Source: Rhodospirillaceae bacterium MC! (GTDB taxonomy: Bacteria; Pseudomonadota; Alphaproteobacteria; MC1). From it: a stretch of DNA of 64,000 nt. A model generated the notes under the pieces. The model was not told where the DNA came from, searched no databases, and saw only the letters and a program-made list of their open reading frames with translations. Positions 56,624 to 64,000 of this stretch are shown here, in pieces (position 1 is the stretch's first letter; every line of letters begins with the position of its first letter). The translations under genes were made by a program, and so were the position numbers. The stretch spans positions 55,583 through 119,582 of the forward strand of contig NQOV01000007.1 in NCBI GenBank assembly GCA_002632265.1, written 5' to 3'.

Positions 56624-58102
56624 CTAATCTCTAAAGTTTAAAGTGATAGCTCGGTTGTTGCGGATTACTTGGATGGACCATGAGCGAGAATTGATATTTT
56701 TACGGAGTTGGGCTTCGAGTTGGCGGGCGGTGGAGATTTTGGTGGTGGATATGCGGTTGATGATGTCGCCAGGTTGAAAGCCTAAGTTGTTGGATATGGT
56801 ATTGGGTTGGATGTTTAAGACTATCACGCCTTTTGTGGTGGTTTTTAGTTTGAATTTATCGGCTAACATGGGGTTAAGGTTGGCGACGCCTAGGCCTTGG
56901 AGTGGGGTGCGATCTTTTAGATAGGTAATTTTTGGAGTGAGTGTGCCTTCGAGTTTTTCGAGTACCATGCCGACGGTATCTCTACTTAAGTTAGATCCTG
57001 CCAAGCGAGTAATCTGTACGGTTTCGCCGATATCGTGTAACATTAGATAGTAGCCGAAATCTCCTGTGGAATTAACATTATTGTGGTTAATTTTCAAGAT
57101 GATATCCCCTGGCATAATCCCCGCTTTTGCCACAGATGATCCTTTGGCAACGTCGGTAACTAGTACGCCTTGAGGAGCGTCTAAACCTTTAGCTACGGCC
57201 ATATCGTTTGAAAGATCTTGTAAGGTAACGCCTGCATATATGGGAGTGATTTTATGGTACTCTTTCAAGTTCTTAACAATATGTTTAATGAAGTTGGATG
57301 GAATGGCAAAGCCCATACCGATCGATCCACCAGTAGGAGTATATATAAAGGTATTCATGCCGATAAATTCTCCGCTAGTATTAACCAATGCACCGCCAGA
57401 ATTACCACGGTTGATAGACGCATCGGTCTGTATATAAACGCTTGGACTACCGTTGGGCGATAAGCCAGAGCGATGAGCTGATGAGACGATTCCTGATGTA
57501 ACTGTCTGCCCCAATCCGAACGGATCGCCAATGGCAATGACAAAATCGCCAACTTGGACATTTTCTGATCTCGCAAATGGTAAAAAGTGCAAGGTTTTAT
57601 TGCGTGGTAGATCTCTAATTTTTAATAAAGCGATATCATATTTAACCGTAGTTCCCACAAGATCGGCAATGTATTCACGGCGATCGGAAAGAATTATTTT
57701 AATTTTAGTTGCTCCGTTAATTACATGGTTGTTGGTTACAATCAAGCCAGATTTATCGATGATGACTCCTGATCCTAAAGATTTCTCTAGGCGTTTTCTT
57801 AATGTGCCACCAACAGAATTACCAAAGAAGTTTCTGATTGCGTCGTCGCCGAAAGGGGAAACTCGTTCAGTAACTAGCTTTTCTGCGTAAATATTCACAA
57901 CCGCAGGAATAACCTTTTTAGCCACAGGGGCAAGGGTTAAATGGACTTGTTCAGAAGTAATCGCCGTGCTATTGGCATGAGCTTTGGGAAAATTCACATT
58001 AATAACTACTACGGCAAGTATTACAAAAGTAATTATAAAAGCAGTTGCAAAAGTAAATGATTTTTTTACTCTGATTACAAGTTTGTTTATAAGCTGTCTC
58101 AT
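56624..58102 (-). CDS. degP: Periplasmic serine endoprotease DegP/HtrA family (trypsin domain + 2 PDZ).
   Basis: Catalytic triad context (TNNHVI … DIALLKI … GNSGGALVN), an N-terminal signal/TM, and two PDZ-like regions. Confidence 0.85.
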   Translation of the reverse strand: MRQLINKLVIRVKKSFTFATAFIITFVILAVVVINVNFPKAHANSTAITSEQVHLTLAPVAKKVIPAVVNIYAEKLVTERVSPFGDDAIRNFFGNSVGGTLRKRLEKSLGSGVIIDKSGLIVTNNHVINGATKIKIILSDRREYIADLVGTTVKYDIALLKIRDLPRNKTLHFLPFARSENVQVGDFVIAIGDPFGLGQTVTSGIVSSAHRSGLSPNGSPSVYIQTDASINRGNSGGALVNTSGEFIGMNTFIYTPTGGSIGMGFAIPSNFIKHIVKNLKEYHKITPIYAGVTLQDLSNDMAVAKGLDAPQGVLVTDVAKGSSVAKAGIMPGDIILKINHNNVNSTGDFGYYLMLHDIGETVQITRLAGSNLSRDTVGMVLEKLEGTLTPKITYLKDRTPLQGLGVANLNPMLADKFKLKTTTKGVIVLNIQPNTISNNLGFQPGDIINRISTTKISTARQLEAQLRKNINSRSWSIQVIRNNRAITLNFRD

Positions 58103-58221
58103 ATGATTCTCTCTTCTTTGTGATAATTAATTTGTGATAATTAATATTATGATTGATGTTATTATGATCTGTGATTAGTGGTTGATATCATTGTGTATAA
58201 TTTTATGTAGGTTATTAAGCT

Positions 58222-58980
58222 TTAAAAATCAAGATCTATATTTAACAGATCGAGAATAACATTTTCTAAAAGTTGGATGTCGCTTTCTCTTGACATACTA
58301 TGATCGCCACCTTTAACAAGATGTAATATTACGTCTTCGCCTTGATATTTTTTCATCAGTTTAAAGATATTTTTTTCTGATATTAGATGATCCTTTTGCC
58401 CTAATAGGATTCTTAAGGGAAAATCTAGCTTTATCCCTTGTTCTGTGTTGATTAGTAAGTTGTTTTCGTTACCGTCTACAATCAGCTTTTTTGTGATCGG
58501 CAATGGTTCTTCATAATCGGTTGGCATATTAAATACGCCCTCTTCCATGATCATGGTACGGATGTTTTCATCGAAAAGACCATGGAACATTTCATAAGTA
58601 AAATCAGGGGCTGGAGCAATTCCAACTAGGGCGTGAATTCTATCTTTAAGCTTGCTACTGTGAGCTGATTTCAACATGACCCAACCGCCCATTGAAGAGC
58701 CGACAATAATAATCTTTTTCGCTTTGATCACATGCTCGATCACATTAATACAATCGTCCACCCAACGGCTGATAGTACCGTCTAAAAAATCGCCCTTAGA
58801 TTTGCCATGACCGTAAGCATCATAACGCACAAACTCAAAATGATTAATATTACAAAATTTTTCCAACTCTAGGGCTTTTGTGCTATCCATATCACTTTTC
58901 AAACCATGAGCAAAAACAATAGCATATTCGCTTGATATCTTATTATACTCATAGGCTATATCATCTAAAAAATCCACCAT
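58222..58980 (-). CDS. Alpha/beta-fold hydrolase.
   Basis: Nucleophile elbow VGSSMGG. 252 aa. Confidence 0.55.
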   Translation of the reverse strand: MVDFLDDIAYEYNKISSEYAIVFAHGLKSDMDSTKALELEKFCNINHFEFVRYDAYGHGKSKGDFLDGTISRWVDDCINVIEHVIKAKKIIIVGSSMGGWVMLKSAHSSKLKDRIHALVGIAPAPDFTYEMFHGLFDENIRTMIMEEGVFNMPTDYEEPLPITKKLIVDGNENNLLINTEQGIKLDFPLRILLGQKDHLISEKNIFKLMKKYQGEDVILHLVKGGDHSMSRESDIQLLENVILDLLNIDLDF

Positions 58981-59070
58981 GAAAATCTCTTTATATCTTA
59001 TTATTAATTAATGTTATGAAAGACATTATATCATAAAAATAATCAAAAATAAAGAGATTATTATCCATTG

Positions 59071-59685
59071 TTATTTTTTTGAGATCATGCAAACTATCGC
59101 TCCGCTTTTTACTTCTATGCGTACGTTGTTGTGGGTTGCTTTGTTGCAAATATTGTAATAACCAAGATTCGACATAAGACCATTGGAATTATATTCTAAG
59201 CCTTGTGTAATCACATGAGATGTACAAAATAAAGAAACTAAGGCGATTCCCTGCCCTATTTCTAGGGGGATGTTGTGTATTTGTTTATCGTCTATAATAA
59301 ATATTTTTTCTTCATGGCTTTCCAATGATAACTCAAGAAATCGTTCGTAATTCATGTGTAACAGGCGTAGATTATACAAAAAATGATCGGCTCTTGAGCG
59401 GATATCTCCCAAAAGAGTTAAAGAACTATAACCATTTTCCAAGGCCCAATGCAGAGTTTTTTCGGAATCTGTGGTGGTTTGATCCATAATCGGATGAATT
59501 TTATTTTTAGGGATATTATCATAATTGTCAATGCTATCCATATCTCCGATAATAAGATAATTTTCATCTACAGGTTTAAGGGATAAATTATCGGCATACA
59601 AATGGAAATCGTATTCGTTCCATATGTTATCTAAAAGCGGTTGAACTTCATGGGTGCAAGGTAGGATTGATAATAATTTTTTCAT
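59071..59685 (-). CDS. Thiamine pyrophosphokinase.
   Basis: TPK-like motifs IIGDMDSI, DQTTTDSEKTLHWAL and GDIRSRADH. 204 aa. Confidence 0.5.
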   Translation of the reverse strand: MKKLLSILPCTHEVQPLLDNIWNEYDFHLYADNLSLKPVDENYLIIGDMDSIDNYDNIPKNKIHPIMDQTTTDSEKTLHWALENGYSSLTLLGDIRSRADHFLYNLRLLHMNYERFLELSLESHEEKIFIIDDKQIHNIPLEIGQGIALVSLFCTSHVITQGLEYNSNGLMSNLGYYNICNKATHNNVRIEVKSGAIVCMISKK

Positions 59686-59704
59686 GGTTTTCTTTACTCT
59701 ATAC

Positions 59705-60508
59705 TTAACTGTATGGTCTGGGCATTAGGTCTTCGGAATCGGATTCAAGTAGGGATTTTTCCATGTAAATTTCATTCTCGATTTGCTTGAGAATTTTTAA
59801 CATGGAATGATGAATCTCTCGTGCATAAGGGTTGGATTTTTGAATGGCGTGGAACAGATCATCGCTATCGCCTACTACCATATTTTTTATGCTGATGAGA
59901 TCTCGGAATGTTTTTGTTGTGATCTCTTCTTCATCCAGCTCCATAGCGTCAAGCATTCTGCCGATAAGGTGCATTAATGCTTGAGTTTTCGCCATTTTCT
60001 TATCGTGATCTTTGGCGGTTATGTATTTTATATTTAGCTTAAGATCTGATATCTGTTCTTTAAATACTTCTAGTTTTTCTTGCTGATTTTCATTGTGAAT
60101 CCCCTGCTCGGAAAAAACAAAATCAAAGCCTTCAACACCATTTTTCCCAGAATTGGGACCAAATAAAGCATGCCCCATGATTATACCAACAGAATCACTA
60201 AATGTTTTTGTGATGATTTTGGCAGGCTTAACCATAATGGAAAATCCGCCAATAATTAAAGTATCTGGCTTGATGTAGTTCTTTAATTCTGTGCAAACTT
60301 CTTGACAATGTTGATACGGAATTAGCAGATGTATATAATCCGCATGCTTGCAAATATCTTCCAGAGTATTGGCTACTTTATAGCTGTTCCTATGGGTATC
60401 ATGGATATCATTAATATCATAGACCATAATATCAACAGAAAATCTAGACAATAATTTCGCCCAAAACTCTCCCATATCCCCAAAACCAATAATTCCAACC
60501 TTAATCAC
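59705..60508 (-). CDS. Prephenate/arogenate dehydrogenase (TyrA) family NAD(P)-binding oxidoreductase.
   Basis: N-terminal Rossmann motif (VGIIGFGDMGEFWA) and a TyrA-like GHALFGP (cf. GHPMFGP) motif. Confidence 0.4.
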   Translation of the reverse strand: MIKVGIIGFGDMGEFWAKLLSRFSVDIMVYDINDIHDTHRNSYKVANTLEDICKHADYIHLLIPYQHCQEVCTELKNYIKPDTLIIGGFSIMVKPAKIITKTFSDSVGIIMGHALFGPNSGKNGVEGFDFVFSEQGIHNENQQEKLEVFKEQISDLKLNIKYITAKDHDKKMAKTQALMHLIGRMLDAMELDEEEITTKTFRDLISIKNMVVGDSDDLFHAIQKSNPYAREIHHSMLKILKQIENEIYMEKSLLESDSEDLMPRPYS

Positions 60509-60532
60509 AAGAATATCCTTTTTTAATTAATT

Positions 60533-61243
60533 TTATCTAACAGAACGAGAGAAATATTGATTGTGAATCAAGTATATAAAAATCAATAATCCAGATATCA
60601 ACAAAGCGTAGCCATTTATAAAACTAGTTGATAAACCTAGGGCAAAATATAGGGTTCTTATGCCTAAATTGAATTGTTTTGTGGCTTCTATGAATGTTCT
60701 TGACGCTCGTTTTACTGCTCCGATTCTTACTTTTTGATCGTACTTTTTATGTTCGTCATATTTGGGAAAACTTAGGACGAAACTTGCAGTATATGCTACA
60801 CCACGAGAACACCAGCCAAATCTAAAGAACGCTACACCTAAAATTATGATTAATAATATGGCTTTAATACTAAGATATCTTGCGGAATATTCTTCTTTAT
60901 CGAATCCGTTGCTGACTATCCATGCTGATATTGTATTCATTTGAATTAGAAAGACTAAACATGCCCCGACCAAGGCTGCGGATATGCTTGTCATTAACTG
61001 AAAGATCAATGTCATGTTGCCGAATAGTAGAGAGTCGGCGATGTCTACTCTTCTGTTGGATGCGTTGTGTAGCCAATGGACTCTTTCCACATCGACAAAA
61101 CGCTCGACAGAATGTCTATAATAGCGAGTATGTATGATATTTTCGAAGATGTACCATATGAATAGATACAACAAAATAGCTATAAAATCAAAGTGATGTA
61201 ATAATTCTATTACTTGTTTAAAGGGGTAAATAAGTTCTACCAT
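60533..61243 (-). CDS. Hypothetical membrane protein (~5 TM).
   Basis: ORF and hydropathy only. Confidence 0.3.
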   Translation of the reverse strand: MVELIYPFKQVIELLHHFDFIAILLYLFIWYIFENIIHTRYYRHSVERFVDVERVHWLHNASNRRVDIADSLLFGNMTLIFQLMTSISAALVGACLVFLIQMNTISAWIVSNGFDKEEYSARYLSIKAILLIIILGVAFFRFGWCSRGVAYTASFVLSFPKYDEHKKYDQKVRIGAVKRASRTFIEATKQFNLGIRTLYFALGLSTSFINGYALLISGLLIFIYLIHNQYFSRSVR

Positions 61244-61953
61244 TTATATACTCCTGTGCTTACTTTTGTTGCGTTTTTATGACCATCGACGAATTTATAA
61301 ATTGATGAGTAATAATTTCTTCTGATATTCACTTTTAATACCACTAAAGTTAGTATTATCAATAAGACAGGGGAAAACAACCAGCCTATTCCTGCGAATA
61401 AAAAGAACATCGCTCCCCATGCTCGACTATAGAGATTCACTGCTGATACATATATGCGTAAGACTTTTTTACCTTCGTGCATGCGTAATCTTTTACTTAG
61501 GGTAGATTTATTTCTTAGTGATCCCATGGCGATTGTCATTATGGCCCACATTCTATTTGTGCTTATGAGATTAAAGAAAACGTACACGGCTAGGAGTATT
61601 AATATACTACTTCTCATTACTAATTCTTCTTCTCGTACAGGATAAAAAAGATCCAAGCCATTAATGGCATTAGCGGCTTTTTGCGAATTAAAGATGAAAA
61701 ATACTAAAGTAGCCATTAGTCCAGTTGTTACAGATGTTAAGGTGAAAACACCGCCATAGGTGGCCTTTGTGTATGTGCTAAAGCTTGTGGGAATTTCTTC
61801 AAACTGTTGTAATTTCTTAACAAAGACAATACGAGATCTAAAAAGTTTATATACTAAAGTTTTCTTTCTATAGGGAGAAAACTCAATTATATAAATATAG
61901 ACTATAATTGATAAAACAAAAAAGATTAAGGCTATGATGTTTAGTACTGACAT
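61237..61953 (-). CDS. Hypothetical membrane protein (~6 TM). It overlaps the downstream gene by 7 bp.
   Basis: ORF and hydropathy only. Confidence 0.3.
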   Translation of the reverse strand: MSVLNIIALIFFVLSIIVYIYIIEFSPYRKKTLVYKLFRSRIVFVKKLQQFEEIPTSFSTYTKATYGGVFTLTSVTTGLMATLVFFIFNSQKAANAINGLDLFYPVREEELVMRSSILILLAVYVFFNLISTNRMWAIMTIAMGSLRNKSTLSKRLRMHEGKKVLRIYVSAVNLYSRAWGAMFFLFAGIGWLFSPVLLIILTLVVLKVNIRRNYYSSIYKFVDGHKNATKVSTGVYKW

Positions 61954-62069
61954 ATTTAATTCTCGCTTTCTATTTTTTTTCGCTTTTTATTTTAAAGTAA
62001 GCTAAAGCCATATTAAACACATAAGGTTACCTTAATGAACTTAAGATAACCTAATATATATTCTACTTT

Positions 62070-62146
62070 TGGTAGCGGAAGAGGGACTTGAACCCCCGAC
62101 ACGTGGATTATGATTCCACTGCTCTAACCAGCTGAGCTATTCCGCC
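62070..62146 (-). tRNA. tRNA with a CAU anticodon (tRNA-Met or lysidine-modified tRNA-Ile2), copy 1 of 2. CCA is encoded.
   Basis: The reverse complement is GGCGGAATAGCTCAGCTGGTTAGAGCAGTGGAATCATAATCCACGTGTCGGGGGTTCAAGTCCCTCTTCCGCTACCA. The anticodon stem is GTGGA/TCCAC and the loop ATCATAA. Confidence 0.8.
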
Positions 62147-62170
62147 ATATATTGTGGCAGTCTTAAAATT

Positions 62171-62247
62171 TGGTAGCGGAAGAGGGACTTGAACCCCCGA
62201 CACGTGGATTATGATTCCACTGCTCTAACCAGCTGAGCTATTCCGCC
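62171..62247 (-). tRNA. tRNA with a CAU anticodon, identical tandem copy 2.
   Basis: Sequence identical to 62070..62146, separated by a 24-bp spacer. Confidence 0.8.
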
Positions 62248-62433
62248 ATAAATTCTGACTATATTTATATCAAAAATGTAATCTATTGTCAAGTATTTTA
62301 TTTTGTATCTGTGGAAAATAACTAATTCAATCACAAAGCAAGAGAATTTACAGAGTTGACTTTATAAATTTAATATGATAAAGTATCATAGATATTCATT
62401 TAAGAAATCTAAGAAATTTAAGGAATTTACTCA

Positions 62434-62892
62434 ATGAAAAAAATCGTAGTAGCCTGTGATCATGGCGGAATCCAATTAAAAAACACAATTAAATCTCACT
62501 TGCAAGATATGGGATACGAAGTTACAGATTTCGGCATAAACGAAAATGAAAGCATTGATTATCCTATCAGCGGATACCGTGTGGCAAAAGCTATCACATC
62601 TGGCGAATTCGAAAGGGGATTATTATTCTGCGGTACAGGATTGGGAATCTCTCTTTCTGCCAACAAAGTAAAAGGAATTCGTTGTGCTGTCTGCTCGGAT
62701 ATCTTTACCGCTAAATATTCAAGATTACACAACAATACCAATATATTAGCCTTAGGCGAACGTGTTGTCGCTGGTGGTCTAGCCATTGAAATAGTCAACG
62801 CATGGCTAGAAACCAACTTCGAAGGCGGCCGCCACGAACGCCGTGTAAACCTAATTACCGACATCGAAAACGGTATCGACATCGATAAATAA
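62434..62892 (+). CDS. rpiB: Ribose-5-phosphate isomerase B.
   Basis: MKKIVVACDHGG N-terminus and LFCGTGLGIS motif. 152 aa. Confidence 0.85.
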   Translation: MKKIVVACDHGGIQLKNTIKSHLQDMGYEVTDFGINENESIDYPISGYRVAKAITSGEFERGLLFCGTGLGISLSANKVKGIRCAVCSDIFTAKYSRLHNNTNILALGERVVAGGLAIEIVNAWLETNFEGGRHERRVNLITDIENGIDIDK

Positions 62893-62945
62893 TGGTGCAT
62901 ATTAACCCACTTATCACGATCCCCCATTTATGACGATCCCTTATT
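62893..62945. repeat. Family A-related fragment (ggtgcatattaacccacttatcacgatccc…).
   Basis: It shares gtgcatatta and ttatcacgatcc modules with the 24505..24880 array. Confidence 0.5.
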
Positions 62946-63981
62946 TAAGGCATATGCCGAATATGGCAGGCTTATTGCCCCATGTGTCATTTACAGTGAT
63001 AGTTAATTCGTTAAATTTAATTGTTCCTAAATTGTGATGATTAACGGCTTGATGATTATCTTTAACGCTTACAATAACTTCATTATTTTCATTCGTGATA
63101 GTATAATCTTTTATGCAATATTTACTTGTATGAAAGCGGTGGTTTTTGCCTGCGGTTTCTACGGAGTGGTTGGTGTTAGTGTCGAGAAATAGGGTTAGTA
63201 TGCCATTTTTCAAAGATATATCCTTATCCCATTTGAGTTTGAGTTGGGAATCTTGCTTGGTTTTGCCTACCCAAGCGTTGGTTTCTATTAGGGGTCTGTA
63301 GTGGCCTTTTAGGATGTTTTCTGGTTCGAATATTTTTTGTTCTTCTAGGAATTCAATGGCGATGTTAAATTCTTCATGATGTCTTATGGCATGCCAACGT
63401 TCGAATGATTCCACTTTGTCCACTTCCTTATTAAACTCTTGAATTACAGGACGATATAAGGTAGATACAGCGGTTAACAACTCATTTGTTATGCTAAATA
63501 AAACATTTGGATTTTCATCTAAGGTAATATAAATATAGCAATTTTCATTTACGCTTGCTTGCGGTTCGATGATAACATCTTGTATACCTTGTTCGAGATT
63601 TAGCTCAAAGTTTTCGATGATCTTATAAGGTGTGAAATTGTCTATACTTTCGGTTGTGCGGATTTTTATCTTAAGAGTATCCTTATTGAAAGCTTTTACA
63701 TTCAGTTTAAAGCTTGGGATTTTTCCTTTTTTTACAGGGAGTAATAAGGAATATGCGTACTCTAAAGGCTTATAATTTTCTGTCTTCTTAAAGCCTGTAA
63801 AAGATAATGTATCATTGGATGAGATCTTAGCTTGTGAAACTAAATTGTTTTCTGACATCGGTAAAACATTGGGGATATACTGACCTTTAGCAATAAGACG
63901 TTGTTGTAATTCGCTTAAATATTTATCAGCTAGAAGATCCTTAGGTTCAAGATTATATTTGATACACATTGCGGTAGCCAT
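62941..63981 (-). CDS. Hypothetical protein. The start may lie beyond the window end.
   Basis: ORF of 346+ aa with no recognisable motif. The first in-window Met is 19 nt from the window edge, and upstream continuation is open. Confidence 0.3.
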   Translation of the reverse strand: MATAMCIKYNLEPKDLLADKYLSELQQRLIAKGQYIPNVLPMSENNLVSQAKISSNDTLSFTGFKKTENYKPLEYAYSLLLPVKKGKIPSFKLNVKAFNKDTLKIKIRTTESIDNFTPYKIIENFELNLEQGIQDVIIEPQASVNENCYIYITLDENPNVLFSITNELLTAVSTLYRPVIQEFNKEVDKVESFERWHAIRHHEEFNIAIEFLEEQKIFEPENILKGHYRPLIETNAWVGKTKQDSQLKLKWDKDISLKNGILTLFLDTNTNHSVETAGKNHRFHTSKYCIKDYTITNENNEVIVSVKDNHQAVNHHNLGTIKFNELTITVNDTWGNKPAIFGICLK

Positions 63982-64000
63982 GGCGGTAGCTTGGCCGTTA

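Overview
The window is AT-rich (my estimate from reading it is roughly mid-30s % GC) and densely coding, with about 60 protein genes, five tRNA genes and two families of dispersed palindromic repeat elements. It looks like an alphaproteobacterial, symbiont-like chromosome. That placement is an inference from gene content and order: a cobS-cobT pair; yigA (DUF484)-xerC; dusB-fis-ntrB-like-trkA; a short FtsY; a standalone alpha-type 41-aa L36; an ankyrin-repeat protein; RPE-like palindromic elements; and N/Q/D-rich low-complexity inserts in housekeeping proteins. Taken in order, the content falls into 14 blocks.

(1) 1..660: a partial NfeD-like membrane protein with hexapeptide repeats.
(2) 1000..8238: a minus-strand operon that looks like a glycerol-phosphate (teichoic-acid/capsule-like) polymer locus. 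It contains a MATE/MOP transporter, tagD, an EamA-like protein, a TagF-like CDP-glycerol glycerophosphotransferase, and an unusual 1003-aa fusion of a YidC insertase core with an LtaS/sulfatase domain.
(3) 8555..11184: a Cache-domain methyl-accepting chemotaxis protein plus a standalone lipoprotein paralog of its sensor domain.
(4) 11342..21344: a sugar utilisation island with an MFS sugar porter, AldA-like aldehyde dehydrogenase, a GH43/GH130-like hydrolase, galK-galT-galE, and a divergent AraC regulator.
(5) coaBC, coaX, an N/Q-rich hypothetical, a 3 x 109-bp tandem repeat array, and an OapA-M23 peptidase.
(6) cobS-cobT, tRNA-Tyr, and a Gly-rich protein with a C-terminal zinc ribbon.
(7) tsaD, hemC, an AlkA-like glycosylase, and a DedA/YqaA protein.
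(8) dnaX, apparently split by a -1 frame change at an A5G5 run into a 399-aa gamma-like ORF plus a 134-aa downstream ORF.
(9) An FNT transporter, xerC, DUF484, threonine aldolase, rpmJ, and the ankyrin protein.
(10) A translationally coupled AAA_21-type ABC ATPase plus a putative PD-(D/E)xK partner, i.e. a candidate defence module.
(11) ftsY, yeiH, a Doc toxin with a DUF3606-like partner, a SulP transporter, and an anSME-like radical SAM/SPASM enzyme.
(12) tRNA-Cys, ispF, ispD, dusB, fis, an orphan NtrB-like kinase, and trkA.
(13) degP, a hydrolase, thiamine pyrophosphokinase, a TyrA-like dehydrogenase, and two membrane proteins.
(14) Two tandem tRNA-Met(CAU) genes, rpiB, and a hypothetical gene at the window end.

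All functional calls rest on motif-level reading of the supplied translations; no database search was possible.
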